A DNA stretch of 41,216 nucleotides, from positions 1 to 41,216 of IMG/VR virus record IMGVR_UViG_3300046747_000434. One strand, written 5' to 3'. Shown here piece after piece: positions 32,504-40,462 of the stretch. The stretch is from a virus. The position numbers and the translations under genes are program-made. The notes under the pieces are model-generated. The model was given only the letters and a program-made list of their open reading frames with translations, made no database searches and had not been told where the DNA came from. The stretch's first letter is position 1, and every line of letters starts with the position of its first letter.

Positions 32504-32662
32504 CTATTTGAGCTTGCGTGCGAAATCGCCTAGCAGCTGCGCGACGACGGCGCTTTGCGACTGTCGCAACCGAGCGGCTTCCTTTCGCAGGATGCCACGC
32601 ACAACAGGGTGCAGGCGAATGGTGACGGTCACGTACTTCTCAGCGGCTGGTTTTTTCTGCAT
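32504..32662 (-). CDS. Small ribbon-helix-helix protein, 52 aa
   Basis: KYVTVTIRLHPVVRGILRKEAARLRQSQSAVVAQLL fits a strand-helix-helix pattern. First gene of the minus-strand recombination operon. Confidence 0.5.
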   Translation of the reverse strand: MQKKPAAEKYVTVTIRLHPVVRGILRKEAARLRQSQSAVVAQLLGDFARKLK

Positions 32663-32687
32663 GCCGCAACCGTAGTCGCGATTCCGC

Positions 32688-32716
32688 GCTTGCGCAAGCT
32701 GGCAGCTGCGTCTATG
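32688..32716 (+). promoter_or_regulatory. Perfect 12-bp palindrome GCTTGCGCAAGC overlapping a candidate promoter TTGCGC-17-TATGCT
   Basis: Located in the 76-bp divergent gap between the RHH gene and the plus-strand replication operon. Confidence 0.35.
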
Positions 32717-32738
32717 CTCGGCGGACAGGAGATTACGC

Positions 32739-32951
32739 ATGACCCAAGAGAAAAAGCCACGCTCACCCAACAAGACATTTGCGCAGTCGATGCGCGACAA
32801 GCGAGATGCGCTGCATAAGCGCGTCGGAAACCTGTACCTGAAAAGCGAGGCCGCGGCGGACGCAGCGAAGGACGCAGAGGAAGCCTGGGAAGCCGCTAAG
32901 GCAGAGCTTGCTAGCGCTGACGCGTTTCTCGCCACGGTCAAAGCGCCGTGA
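32739..32951 (+). CDS. Hypothetical coiled-coil protein, 70 aa
   Basis: CAGGAG RBS. First gene of the plus-strand replication operon. Confidence 0.55.
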   Translation: MTQEKKPRSPNKTFAQSMRDKRDALHKRVGNLYLKSEAAADAAKDAEEAWEAAKAELASADAFLATVKAP

Positions 32952-33157
32952 CCATGCGCGGGCTGACCACGCCGAGCTGCTATCTGCTCTCCACTGAGTG
33001 CGTGGACGACGACGACCCCACGCGCCCGCTGGAGCGTACCGTGTTCTTCGGCATCGCCTACAGGGTGGCGCCGTATCCTGCTGACAAGCCGCTACCCATC
33101 CCGGGCGTGGCACCTGCGATTGCTCAGGCCACTGTGCTAGAAAAGAGGTATGCATGA
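32948..33157 (+). CDS. Hypothetical protein, 69 aa
   Basis: GTGA overlap (an alternative ATG lies at 32954). Confidence 0.45.
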   Translation: MTMRGLTTPSCYLLSTECVDDDDPTRPLERTVFFGIAYRVAPYPADKPLPIPGVAPAIAQATVLEKRYA

Positions 33158-33279
33158 AGTTCGCCTATCTGCTGCTCGCCGCGGTGTACCTGGGTGCTGT
33201 TGCGATGATGGTAGTCGCGTCCTACAGCGTGGCCATGCTGTTCATCGCGGCAATTCGTGTGCTGACTGGAGGGGTGTGA
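33154..33279 (+). CDS. Small membrane protein, 41 aa
   Basis: Hand-translated as MKFAYLLLAAVYLGAVAMMVVASYSVAMLFIAAIRVLTGGV. Coupled at both ends (ATGA and TGATG). Confidence 0.45.
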   Translation: MKFAYLLLAAVYLGAVAMMVVASYSVAMLFIAAIRVLTGGV

Positions 33280-33512
33280 TGGCTGAGCATGACTACGAGC
33301 TGATCGCGACGGTGAAGCTTCACCGCTGCACGAAAACGGGCTGCTACGCTGCTGTTGTGGTGACGCCCGACCACGCGCGGAGTTGCACGGAGGGTATCGC
33401 CGGGTTCTCCACCGTTGGCGGCGTCATGCAGCGTGCTGGCGACATCGTCATTGAGGAGCTTGGGCGACGCGTGACGGTGGATGAGCTTGTACCGGTGACG
33501 ATCGATGGCTAG
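33279..33512 (+). CDS. Hypothetical protein, 77 aa
   Basis: Internal ATG of ORF 33150..33512 (MAEHDYELIATVKLHRC...). Confidence 0.5.
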   Translation: MAEHDYELIATVKLHRCTKTGCYAAVVVTPDHARSCTEGIAGFSTVGGVMQRAGDIVIEELGRRVTVDELVPVTIDG

Positions 33513-33708
33513 GCCAGGGATCGTCTGGACCAAGGTCGCTGATGTTCGAGCGTTCATGGCTGGCGGAAAGCGGGTGGCCGGGGCGCATGCGCCGAAGTCC
33601 CTTCGCGGCATTCCATGGCCATGCTGTGGACGATGCGGGCTGATATACCTCAAGAACGACCCGACCCGCCGCGCCATAAAACAACCATGCATTACGATCG
33701 AGGACTGA
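33505..33708 (+). CDS. Hypothetical Cys-containing protein, 67 aa
   Basis: Track ORF with an 8-nt overlap on the upstream gene. Confidence 0.45.
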   Translation: MARPGIVWTKVADVRAFMAGGKRVAGAHAPKSLRGIPWPCCGRCGLIYLKNDPTRRAIKQPCITIED

Positions 33709-33711
33709 CGC

Positions 33712-34176
33712 ATGAGTAAGGACAGCGACGTAAGATTCACCCCACAGCACGTGCTCAACGTCGTGCGCGAGTTCGATGAGATTGTGTGCGACCCGTGCAC
33801 GGTTGCGAGCAACCCGGCGGGGGCTAATCTGTTCTACACTGAGGCCGATAACGGGCTTGTGCAGCCGTGGGGCGGAGGGCTTACGTTCGTCAACAACCCA
33901 TACTCACGTGGTCAGATCTTTCCGTGGGCTGAGAAATGCGCGCTAGAAGCCAAGATCGGACTGGAGATCATCCAGCTCATCCCGGCTGACATGTCGACGA
34001 TATACACCAAGTTCCTGTTCGGTAAGGCGAACGCTGTTGCGTTCTGGGACAAGCGCATCGTCTTCGACGGCTCCAATGGCGCGAAGTTCGGAAGCGCTTT
34101 TTGGTACTTTGGCGATCGGCAAGGCCGCTTCAAACGCGTATTCGAGCCACACGCCACCGTGCTATTCCTCCGGTAG
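33712..34176 (+). CDS. dam: Phage-type DNA N6-adenine methyltransferase (Dam family, PF05869-like)
   Basis: RFTPQHVLNVV...VCDPC...GLVQPWGGGLTFVNNPYSRG (an NPPY-like motif)...IQLIPADMST. No cognate endonuclease is present. Confidence 0.8.
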   Translation: MSKDSDVRFTPQHVLNVVREFDEIVCDPCTVASNPAGANLFYTEADNGLVQPWGGGLTFVNNPYSRGQIFPWAEKCALEAKIGLEIIQLIPADMSTIYTKFLFGKANAVAFWDKRIVFDGSNGAKFGSAFWYFGDRQGRFKRVFEPHATVLFLR

Positions 34177-34179
34177 ACC

Positions 34180-35781
34180 ATGCACTACGCGCATACAGAC
34201 CTGTTCGCCATGGTAGAGCCTGACCGCGTCGCTGAGATGCCTGCGCTCGGTTTGCGTTATTATCAACAAGAGGCGCGCGAAGCCGTTGCGCGTGTGCACG
34301 AGGCGCATCGCGGCGCGCTTGTGGTGTTGCCTACGGGCACGGGTAAGAGCAGATTGCTGGGCGCTATCACATGGGATGGCCACATCAGGCATCAGCGCGC
34401 ACTCGTGCTGTGCCCGACGATTACGCTTGTGCGCCAGATGTACAGCGACTTGCGCAAGCTCGGCCTGAACGTCGAGATGGAGCAGGCGTCGAACCGTGCA
34501 CGAAGGCCGCTGCCACCGGTCGTGGTGGCATGCGTCGCGTCCATGCGTGGCGACCGGCTAGCTTCGTTCGATCCGTACGACTTCGACCGCATCGGAGTGG
34601 ACGAGGCGCACCGCTGCATCTCGCCGCTGTATGAGGCGATCTTCGCGCACTTCCACGCGGCCAAGCTGATCGGGCTCACCGCAACGCCTTCGCGCTCTGA
34701 TGGCGTGTCGCTTGGCAACGTCTTCGAAGAGACGGCCTACACTATGACCATGCTGCGCGCCATCAGCGAAGGGTGGCTCGTGCCGTTGCGCTTCAAGACG
34801 GCGGTCACGGACTTCGACCCGAAGGCGCTGCGCACGCTGGCCGGCGAGGTTGACCCGTCGAGTGTGGCAGCGGAGATCACGCGCTCCGGGCTCTTGCACG
34901 AGGCTGCCAACACGCTGGCAGAGCTGAGCGCTGGCGAGCGCACGGTCGCGTTCCTGCCCACCGTGGCAAGCTCGAAGGCGTTCGTCGCTGAGCTGATCGC
35001 GCGCGGCATCGAGGCTGCGCACGTGGATGCGAGCACGCCCGAGCAAGCGCGTAACGAGATGTTCGCCGCGTTCGCAGCGGGGACCACGCGCGTGATCGCG
35101 AACGTGGGGATCCTGTGCGAGGGCTGGGATATGCCCGCGTGCTCGGTGGTCGCGCTGCTCAACCCCACCAAGAGCTGGCAGCGCCTTACCCAGATGATCG
35201 GCCGCATCACGCGCCTGGCGCCCGGCAAAGAGTTCGCCCTCGTGCTCGACTTCTGCCCGGGCAGGCTGCGCAAAGGCCGCCTGGCGAGCCCTGCGGACGC
35301 GCTTGCGGGCAAGATGCTGGACGATGCGGTGCACGACCAGATGGCCACGGAAGGCGATCTCGCCACGGCTATCGCGGACGCTGAGACGAGCGCAGCGGAG
35401 ATCGAAGAGAAGAAGCGCAAGGCGCTCGAGAAGGCCGAGGCGCGCAAGCAGCGTGTAAGAGAGCTGGCAGAGCTGGCGCGAAAAAAGAAGTACCGCTACG
35501 GCGTCCAGGACCACGATGCGGCGGCCATCCTGGGCGGCGCTGGTGGCGAGCAGCCTGGCGAGATGCGCTCGCACGACGTCGAGCCGTCAGAGGACGAGCT
35601 GCGCAAGGCGGCTGGCATCTGCAGCGTCAAGCAGAGCCATATCCTGCGACGGTGGGGGCTCAACCCGCGCATGTCGCGCGCGCTCGCTGGCGAGGTGATG
35701 GGCGCGCTCTCCGAGACGAACTGGCAGGTGTTGCCCGAGCGGATCAAAAACAACCCAATTTTCAAAGCGACCAGCGTATGA
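34180..35781 (+). CDS. Superfamily-2 DEAD/DEAH-box helicase
   Basis: Walker A VLPTGTGKS, motif II VDEAHR and motif III LTATP, plus a helicase C-terminal domain (ANVGILCEGWDMP, QMIGRITR). Confidence 0.9.
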   Translation: MHYAHTDLFAMVEPDRVAEMPALGLRYYQQEAREAVARVHEAHRGALVVLPTGTGKSRLLGAITWDGHIRHQRALVLCPTITLVRQMYSDLRKLGLNVEMEQASNRARRPLPPVVVACVASMRGDRLASFDPYDFDRIGVDEAHRCISPLYEAIFAHFHAAKLIGLTATPSRSDGVSLGNVFEETAYTMTMLRAISEGWLVPLRFKTAVTDFDPKALRTLAGEVDPSSVAAEITRSGLLHEAANTLAELSAGERTVAFLPTVASSKAFVAELIARGIEAAHVDASTPEQARNEMFAAFAAGTTRVIANVGILCEGWDMPACSVVALLNPTKSWQRLTQMIGRITRLAPGKEFALVLDFCPGRLRKGRLASPADALAGKMLDDAVHDQMATEGDLATAIADAETSAAEIEEKKRKALEKAEARKQRVRELAELARKKKYRYGVQDHDAAAILGGAGGEQPGEMRSHDVEPSEDELRKAAGICSVKQSHILRRWGLNPRMSRALAGEVMGALSETNWQVLPERIKNNPIFKATSV

Positions 35782-35954
35782 AGTCATCACGCCGATCGCG
35801 CATCCGCAAGCATCGGCGCAAGAGTCGCCAGCGGCGGCCATTTAGTCGCCATGGCGCAGGCCGCCACGCTTCGCCGTCTGGTCGCACCGGCAGCGTAAAA
35901 CACAAGGAACGTCTCTCTATTCAGGATGCGACGCGTCGACAGGCCAAGCGATGA
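35778..35954 (+). CDS. Highly basic Arg-rich microprotein, 58 aa
   Basis: MKSSRRSRIRKHRRKSRQRRPFSRHG... ATGA overlaps at both ends (helicase stop and primase-like start). Only moderate GC3. Confidence 0.4.
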   Translation: MKSSRRSRIRKHRRKSRQRRPFSRHGAGRHASPSGRTGSVKHKERLSIQDATRRQAKR

Positions 35955-36937
35955 CCGAACCGCGCGTAACTGTCGTGCAGGAACAGCGCATTATCGGCTG
36001 GCCGGACGAGCCCGGAGCCGAGCCGAGACCACAGGATCGCGCTTACGTGCTGCCGATCTCCAAGGCACTCGCGCGCAGCTACACGACAGACGCTCATTTC
36101 GCGCAGTACGTGACGCCCAACGCACGACGCCTCAAGACAGCAGCAGCATCGCTCCTACGCGTGCGGCTTGGCGTGATCGTGCTCGATCTCGACTGCGCTG
36201 AGGCACACGCGAGCGGTGATCCCGCCCCGGAGTCGTGGCGCATCGACGTGCGTCGCCAGGCAACGCAGCTACTTCGCGCCCACGGCCGTGGCTACTACTA
36301 CGAGACGCGGGGCGGGGCGCGCATCGTGTACCTGCAGCCTGCGCCCTACAAGATCAGCTCAGCCGCTGATGCGCTCCAGTGGCGCCAGGACTACGCCGTC
36401 ACGTGCGCATGGATGCGCCGCAGCTTCGGGCTCGAGGTGGACGTCGCGTGCTCCGACTGGCCTCGGTTGTTCCGCCTGCCACGCGCCACCCGGAAAGGCA
36501 GCACGGTGTCTGAGGACTACCTCACGCTTGGCCGCTCCGACAACATCGGCGCGCTGAGCTTCACGCCAGAGACGTGCGATCTCGACCTGGCCCGTGAGCT
36601 ACTCCCCCGTGCATTCGACGAGCGGCGCAGCGCATTCGCGCCCGAGTTGGCAGATGGCAACGGCGTGCTGTTCCATGCGTTGCGCGCGCGCGGCGCGATA
36701 CTGCGGCCGATGGGCGGCAAGGCGTACGTGATCCGCTGTCCCAACGAAGCGCAGCACAGCGCAGGCGGGAAGGCGAAAGACCGCGCAACCGTGCTGTATC
36801 TGCCAAGTACGGGGCAGTCGATAGGCCTGATATGGTGCCTCCACGCGCACTGCGGCAATACGAAACCAGTTGACTGGCTGAAGCATTTCAGCCGTGATGA
36901 GCTGAACGCGGCTGATGCTGCGATGAAGGGGAAGTGA
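35951..36937 (+). CDS. Primase/primase-polymerase-like replication protein with a C-terminal zinc-binding motif
   Basis: VIVLDLDC acidic motif, ETRGGARIVY and FRLPRATR, plus C-terminal CPNEAQHS...CLHAHCG, as seen in phage/plasmid primases. Confidence 0.5.
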   Translation: MTEPRVTVVQEQRIIGWPDEPGAEPRPQDRAYVLPISKALARSYTTDAHFAQYVTPNARRLKTAAASLLRVRLGVIVLDLDCAEAHASGDPAPESWRIDVRRQATQLLRAHGRGYYYETRGGARIVYLQPAPYKISSAADALQWRQDYAVTCAWMRRSFGLEVDVACSDWPRLFRLPRATRKGSTVSEDYLTLGRSDNIGALSFTPETCDLDLARELLPRAFDERRSAFAPELADGNGVLFHALRARGAILRPMGGKAYVIRCPNEAQHSAGGKAKDRATVLYLPSTGQSIGLIWCLHAHCGNTKPVDWLKHFSRDELNAADAAMKGK

Positions 36938-37449
36938 TGCCGAAACCGATACTCGTGTTGCTACAGGGTGAGATGATGCCGATCAAGCACGCTGCCGACA
37001 AGCTGGGTGTGGCGCAAATCACTGTGAAGCGCCGCCACCTGCGTGGTGAGCCGGTGGACATGCCGCTCTATCACTCCGGACGTGGGCGCCGTGGTGGCGT
37101 CAAACACGGTCCGGCCGACTTCGACATTGACGCTGAATGGGCTGACGAGTGCGTTGCCGAATCCGTGCGCCTGCATCCCGACGGCATGACGCTGCACGAG
37201 GTTGGCGTGTTGGTCGGACTGAGTCGCGAGCGCATCCGGCAGATCGAGGAGAGCGCGCTGCGCAAGATCCGCCTGCTCGGGCTGAGCGAACGAGAGGTGA
37301 AGCGCGCGCTGTTCGCCGACCTGCAAGTCGCGCACGAGTCGTTTGACGAACGCCACCCACCGGGTCACTGGGGCGTTGTTGCGATCGCTCCGCATTGCCG
37401 TCTTCAGCGCCCTAGCGCTAGGCCATCCGGTTTGCTGGTGACGACGTGA
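36937..37449 (+). CDS. Sigma-70 region-4-like HTH protein
   Basis: MTLHEVGVLVGLSRERIRQIEESALRKIR is a canonical sigma region 4.2 motif. No region 2 was recognised. Confidence 0.6.
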   Translation: MPKPILVLLQGEMMPIKHAADKLGVAQITVKRRHLRGEPVDMPLYHSGRGRRGGVKHGPADFDIDAEWADECVAESVRLHPDGMTLHEVGVLVGLSRERIRQIEESALRKIRLLGLSEREVKRALFADLQVAHESFDERHPPGHWGVVAIAPHCRLQRPSARPSGLLVTT

Positions 37450-37799
37450 AAACGCAGTTCTCGTTTCGCCTAGAAGGTCCACCCGTCAGCAAAGCGCGCC
37501 CTCGCGTCACGCTACGAGGCACGTACACGCCAGCCAAGACGCGCACAGGGGAGAAGGCGCTCAAGCTTGTGGCGCAGTCGCGGCGCCCCGCTGACTGGCC
37601 GATGGACGAGCGCTACATGCTTACGATCATCGTTGGCGTGGACAACAACAGGCGCGCCGACTGCGATAATTTCGCGAAGTTGATCCTGGACGCTCTGATT
37701 GGCGTTGCATACCGCGACGACAGTCAGGTCGACGTGCTTTGGATTCAGCGCAAGCGCGGCGTCGAGCCGTTCACCAGTGCAATCGTGGAGGTCATGTAA
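37446..37799 (+). CDS. rusA: RusA-family Holliday junction resolvase
   Basis: GPPVSKARPR...DCDNFAKLILDALIGVAYRDDSQV is the RusA signature. GTGA overlap. Confidence 0.85.
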   Translation: MKTQFSFRLEGPPVSKARPRVTLRGTYTPAKTRTGEKALKLVAQSRRPADWPMDERYMLTIIVGVDNNRRADCDNFAKLILDALIGVAYRDDSQVDVLWIQRKRGVEPFTSAIVEVM

Positions 37800-37800
37800 A

Positions 37801-38178
37801 ATGGGAGCTCAAAGAAAGACGCTGTGCGTAGACTTCGACGGCGTGATCAACAGCTATATCAGCGGCTGGAAGGGCGTCGAACAGGTAACGGACCCACCCG
37901 TACGCGGTGCCATCGAGTGGCTATTGGCGATGCTCGGCGAGGGATTTGATGTCTGCATCTACTCAAGCCGCAGCAAGGAAGCGGCCGGGGTACAGGCGAT
38001 GCGCGACGCGCTCAAGCGCTGGGGCATGCATCAAGACGACATCGATCGAATCGACTTCCCGACGCAGAAGCCGGCTGCCTGGTTGACAATCGACGATCGC
38101 TGCGTGCGCTTTGACGGCAACTTCGAAGCGCTTACAGCGGACGCAATCAACAACTTCAAGCCATGGAACAAGCCATGA
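37801..38178 (+). CDS. HAD-superfamily phosphatase-like protein, 125 aa
   Basis: LCVDFDGVI (DxDG motif I), SSRS (motif II-like) and IDDR (motif IV-like). Confidence 0.65.
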   Translation: MGAQRKTLCVDFDGVINSYISGWKGVEQVTDPPVRGAIEWLLAMLGEGFDVCIYSSRSKEAAGVQAMRDALKRWGMHQDDIDRIDFPTQKPAAWLTIDDRCVRFDGNFEALTADAINNFKPWNKP

Positions 38179-38390
38179 TCAAGGCGTCATTTACGCGAGA
38201 AAATGGTCGTCGCGGCTTCATCTTCGGACTGTCAGCTCAGAACATCAAGCGGCTGCAGGACGGCCAACCAATAGCTTTTGCGATGGAGCCGATCGGAGGC
38301 ACAGGAGATATCGTTATCATGTTCGGAGAGACAGAAGAAAGCATCGCTGCAGAGCTTGCGCTGCTCGGTGCTCCAGCGGAGCAGCCATGA
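38175..38390 (+). CDS. Hypothetical protein, 71 aa
   Basis: ATGA overlap with the upstream gene. Confidence 0.5.
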   Translation: MIKASFTRENGRRGFIFGLSAQNIKRLQDGQPIAFAMEPIGGTGDIVIMFGETEESIAAELALLGAPAEQP

Positions 38391-38617
38391 AAACCAGACT
38401 AGAAATCAGCATCTCGTACACAGACGCCAAGGGCGTGAAGCGATACGTCAACAGTCTTGGCAACGTGTGGCTCGACACGGAAAACATGCGCGGCTCGATC
38501 GACCTGCCGCCTGGCGTGAGCCTTCATTCCCAGTCAGGCGTCTACATCAACGTGCAGAAGCCTCGCGAGCGTGACGGCGCGCAGCGCAAAGGGAACGACG
38601 ATGAAATCCCGTACTGA
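38387..38617 (+). CDS. Hypothetical protein, 76 aa
   Basis: ATGA overlap with the upstream gene. Confidence 0.5.
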   Translation: MKTRLEISISYTDAKGVKRYVNSLGNVWLDTENMRGSIDLPPGVSLHSQSGVYINVQKPRERDGAQRKGNDDEIPY

Positions 38618-38626
38618 GGTGTCACC

Positions 38627-38881
38627 ATGGGAAGCATGACCAGACGAATCGCGAAGCGCACCATGGTGGTGCAGTCTCGCAAGAACGCGCGCTCAAAGGA
38701 TCCAGGTGGAGCTGGCAAGCTCATCACCGCGCGTGATGGGCGCGTGGCGCTGTGCGTGTCATCGCGACCGCGCGAAAAAAAGCTACTCGTGCGCTGCGAA
38801 GGGCGGTTGTACCTGTGGGGGCAGCTCGAGATCTCCGACGAGGAGCTGTGCCGCGTGATGGGCGTGACGGTGACGCCGTGA
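38627..38881 (+). CDS. Hypothetical basic protein, 84 aa
   Basis: GAGGTG RBS. Track ORF. Confidence 0.5.
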   Translation: MGSMTRRIAKRTMVVQSRKNARSKDPGGAGKLITARDGRVALCVSSRPREKKLLVRCEGRLYLWGQLEISDEELCRVMGVTVTP

Positions 38882-39069
38882 GCGACGCGATCCGCGTGAT
38901 CGTCTTCGCGGCAGTGCTCGCAGCATCGGCGATCGCGATGAGCGCCGGGCGCGCGCACTGCTCGTGGTGCCCGCGCTGGACGTGCTACTCGAGCGAGGCG
39001 TGCCGCGGCTGCGTGTGCCTGCGAGAGCAGCCTTGGGTCGGTGGACGGTGCGTGTCATTGGCGCCTTGA
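38878..39069 (+). CDS. Small Cys-rich protein with an N-terminal hydrophobic segment, 63 aa
   Basis: VSDAIRVIVFAAVLAASAIAMSAG followed by 8 Cys within 36 aa. GTGA overlap. Confidence 0.45.
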   Translation: MSDAIRVIVFAAVLAASAIAMSAGRAHCSWCPRWTCYSSEACRGCVCLREQPWVGGRCVSLAP

Positions 39070-39118
39070 CACGGCGCGTAAGCCGTAGGACTTTGCCCGA
39101 CGAAAGTTGAGGCATTGA

Positions 39119-39853
39119 ATGACACGACTACTGATTTTGGCAGCGCTGCTGTTCGCCCCCGCGCTCGCCAGCGCGCAGATCAATGTGAGCATCGCCGGCC
39201 TGTCGAGCCTGCAGGTGGATGGCATCGCTCCGGGGAACACGTGCGCCGACACGGTAAGCGGAACCCTGACGTGCACGTACGGAGGGTTTTACTTCCAGGC
39301 CACGCCGTTGCTTGGCACCGCGACGCGAGAGTGCCAGTGCTACCCCGGCAACACCGGTCCAACCGGCGCTACGGGGGCCACAGGGGCGGCTGGCTCTTCT
39401 GGTGCGACAGGAGCGACGGGCCCCGCTGGAGCGGCATCTGGTGGCTTCTACCGCGACTCGAGCGGCGATCAGGTGATCGGCCTGTATCGCGTCGACAGCG
39501 TTCCGAACTACTGGGATGGTGACGTGTGGTGGCAGGTCAGCTCGAGTACTGGACTCGCTACGCCAGACGACATAGGTCAGGCGCTGCGGTACACAGGAGC
39601 ATCGTGCACAGGTAGCGTGTTCGGATCCGACTTCGGAGGCAACCGAACGTACCAGTATCGCACGAAGATGGGCACGCTCGAGATATGGGGGCCGGTGGGC
39701 AGCTTCTCATACGCCGGCACCTGCTACGGGTGGAATGGATCGAGCTGCACTGCCATTTCGTGCCTCAGTGGTCCACTGGTGGAGCTGGCGCATTTCACCA
39801 GCCCACCAGATTTGAGCAGCTACGACTTGCCGCTCACGTTTGTGGGGGACTGA
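39119..39853 (+). CDS. Secreted collagen-like (Gly-X-Y repeat) protein, 244 aa
   Basis: Signal peptide MTRLLILAALLFAPALASAQ. GNTGPTGATGATGAAGSSGATGATGPAGAAS is a run of about 10 uninterrupted G-X-Y triplets. Confidence 0.8.
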   Translation: MTRLLILAALLFAPALASAQINVSIAGLSSLQVDGIAPGNTCADTVSGTLTCTYGGFYFQATPLLGTATRECQCYPGNTGPTGATGATGAAGSSGATGATGPAGAASGGFYRDSSGDQVIGLYRVDSVPNYWDGDVWWQVSSSTGLATPDDIGQALRYTGASCTGSVFGSDFGGNRTYQYRTKMGTLEIWGPVGSFSYAGTCYGWNGSSCTAISCLSGPLVELAHFTSPPDLSSYDLPLTFVGD

Positions 39854-40127
39854 ATCTTCGGTAGAAGCGCACTATTGCGCTTCTACGCGTATCTCCGTCT
39901 CGAACGGGATCTTGCACCCAATTGTAACAGTGTGCGCCGAGGCGCTGCATCAGATCCCACAGCTGCCATCGGCTCCAACCGCAGGCGTCCTCTTTGGGAG
40001 GATCTATCTGCTTGAGATGCGGCGCCTCTGCAAGAAGCTCGGCATCCTGCGCGGCGAGTATGGAGCGACCGTGCGGGGTGAGTCTCACGGAGACGTGGTT
40101 GTTGATGTTGAAAGGAATCATCGCCAT
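39834..40127 (-). CDS. Hypothetical protein, 97 aa
   Basis: Track ORF; last gene of the wrap-around minus-strand operon. Confidence 0.5.
   Translation of the reverse strand: MAMIPFNINNHVSVRLTPHGRSILAAQDAELLAEAPHLKQIDPPKEDACGWSRWQLWDLMQRLGAHCYNWVQDPVRDGDTRRSAIVRFYRRFSPPQT
39861..39886. terminator. 10-bp-stem hairpin GTAGAAGCGC-actatt-GCGCTTCTAC at the convergent junction
   Basis: Perfect inverted repeat 8 nt after the collagen-like gene stop. No clear U-tract. Lies inside the 3' end of 39834..40127. Confidence 0.3.
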
Positions 40128-40462
40128 TCCTCACTGAGGTGTAACGGTCCATCGTGGTCGGGCAAAGAAGCCGCTTCCGCGTAGTCACAAGCGACCAACT
40201 CGGCCGCTCGGGATGGTGAGTGTTGTGCCATGTATCGCTCGTGTAGTCGGCAGGCCGTCTCAGCAAGTTCGCGGCTCTCCCAGTCACACGCGCCGAGTGC
40301 ATCCCGTGCATCGATCGCGACCACGCGCGCCTGCGTGGGCATGCCGTTGAGGTACGGGGCAGCTCCGATCCACTGAGCTGACCAGCCGCCCGTGGATGTA
40401 CGCTCCACGCGATACTCTCCGGTGGTCGTCTCGGCGGTGAGCTGGATTGGTTCGAAGTGCAT
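40118..40462 (-). CDS. Hypothetical protein, 114 aa (MHFEPIQLTAETTTGEYRVERT...)
   Basis: Internal ATG of ORF 40118..40537. It overlaps the P4 stop as TGATG. Confidence 0.55.
   Translation of the reverse strand: MHFEPIQLTAETTTGEYRVERTSTGGWSAQWIGAAPYLNGMPTQARVVAIDARDALGACDWESRELAETACRLHERYMAQHSPSRAAELVACDYAEAASLPDHDGPLHLSEEWR

Noticed and set aside
39115-39522. ORF 39115..39522 (+), 135 aa, overlapping the collagen-like gene in another frame.
   Set aside because: Arg/His/Trp-rich with no signal or motif. The 39119 frame has a signal peptide, G-X-Y repeats and an RBS.
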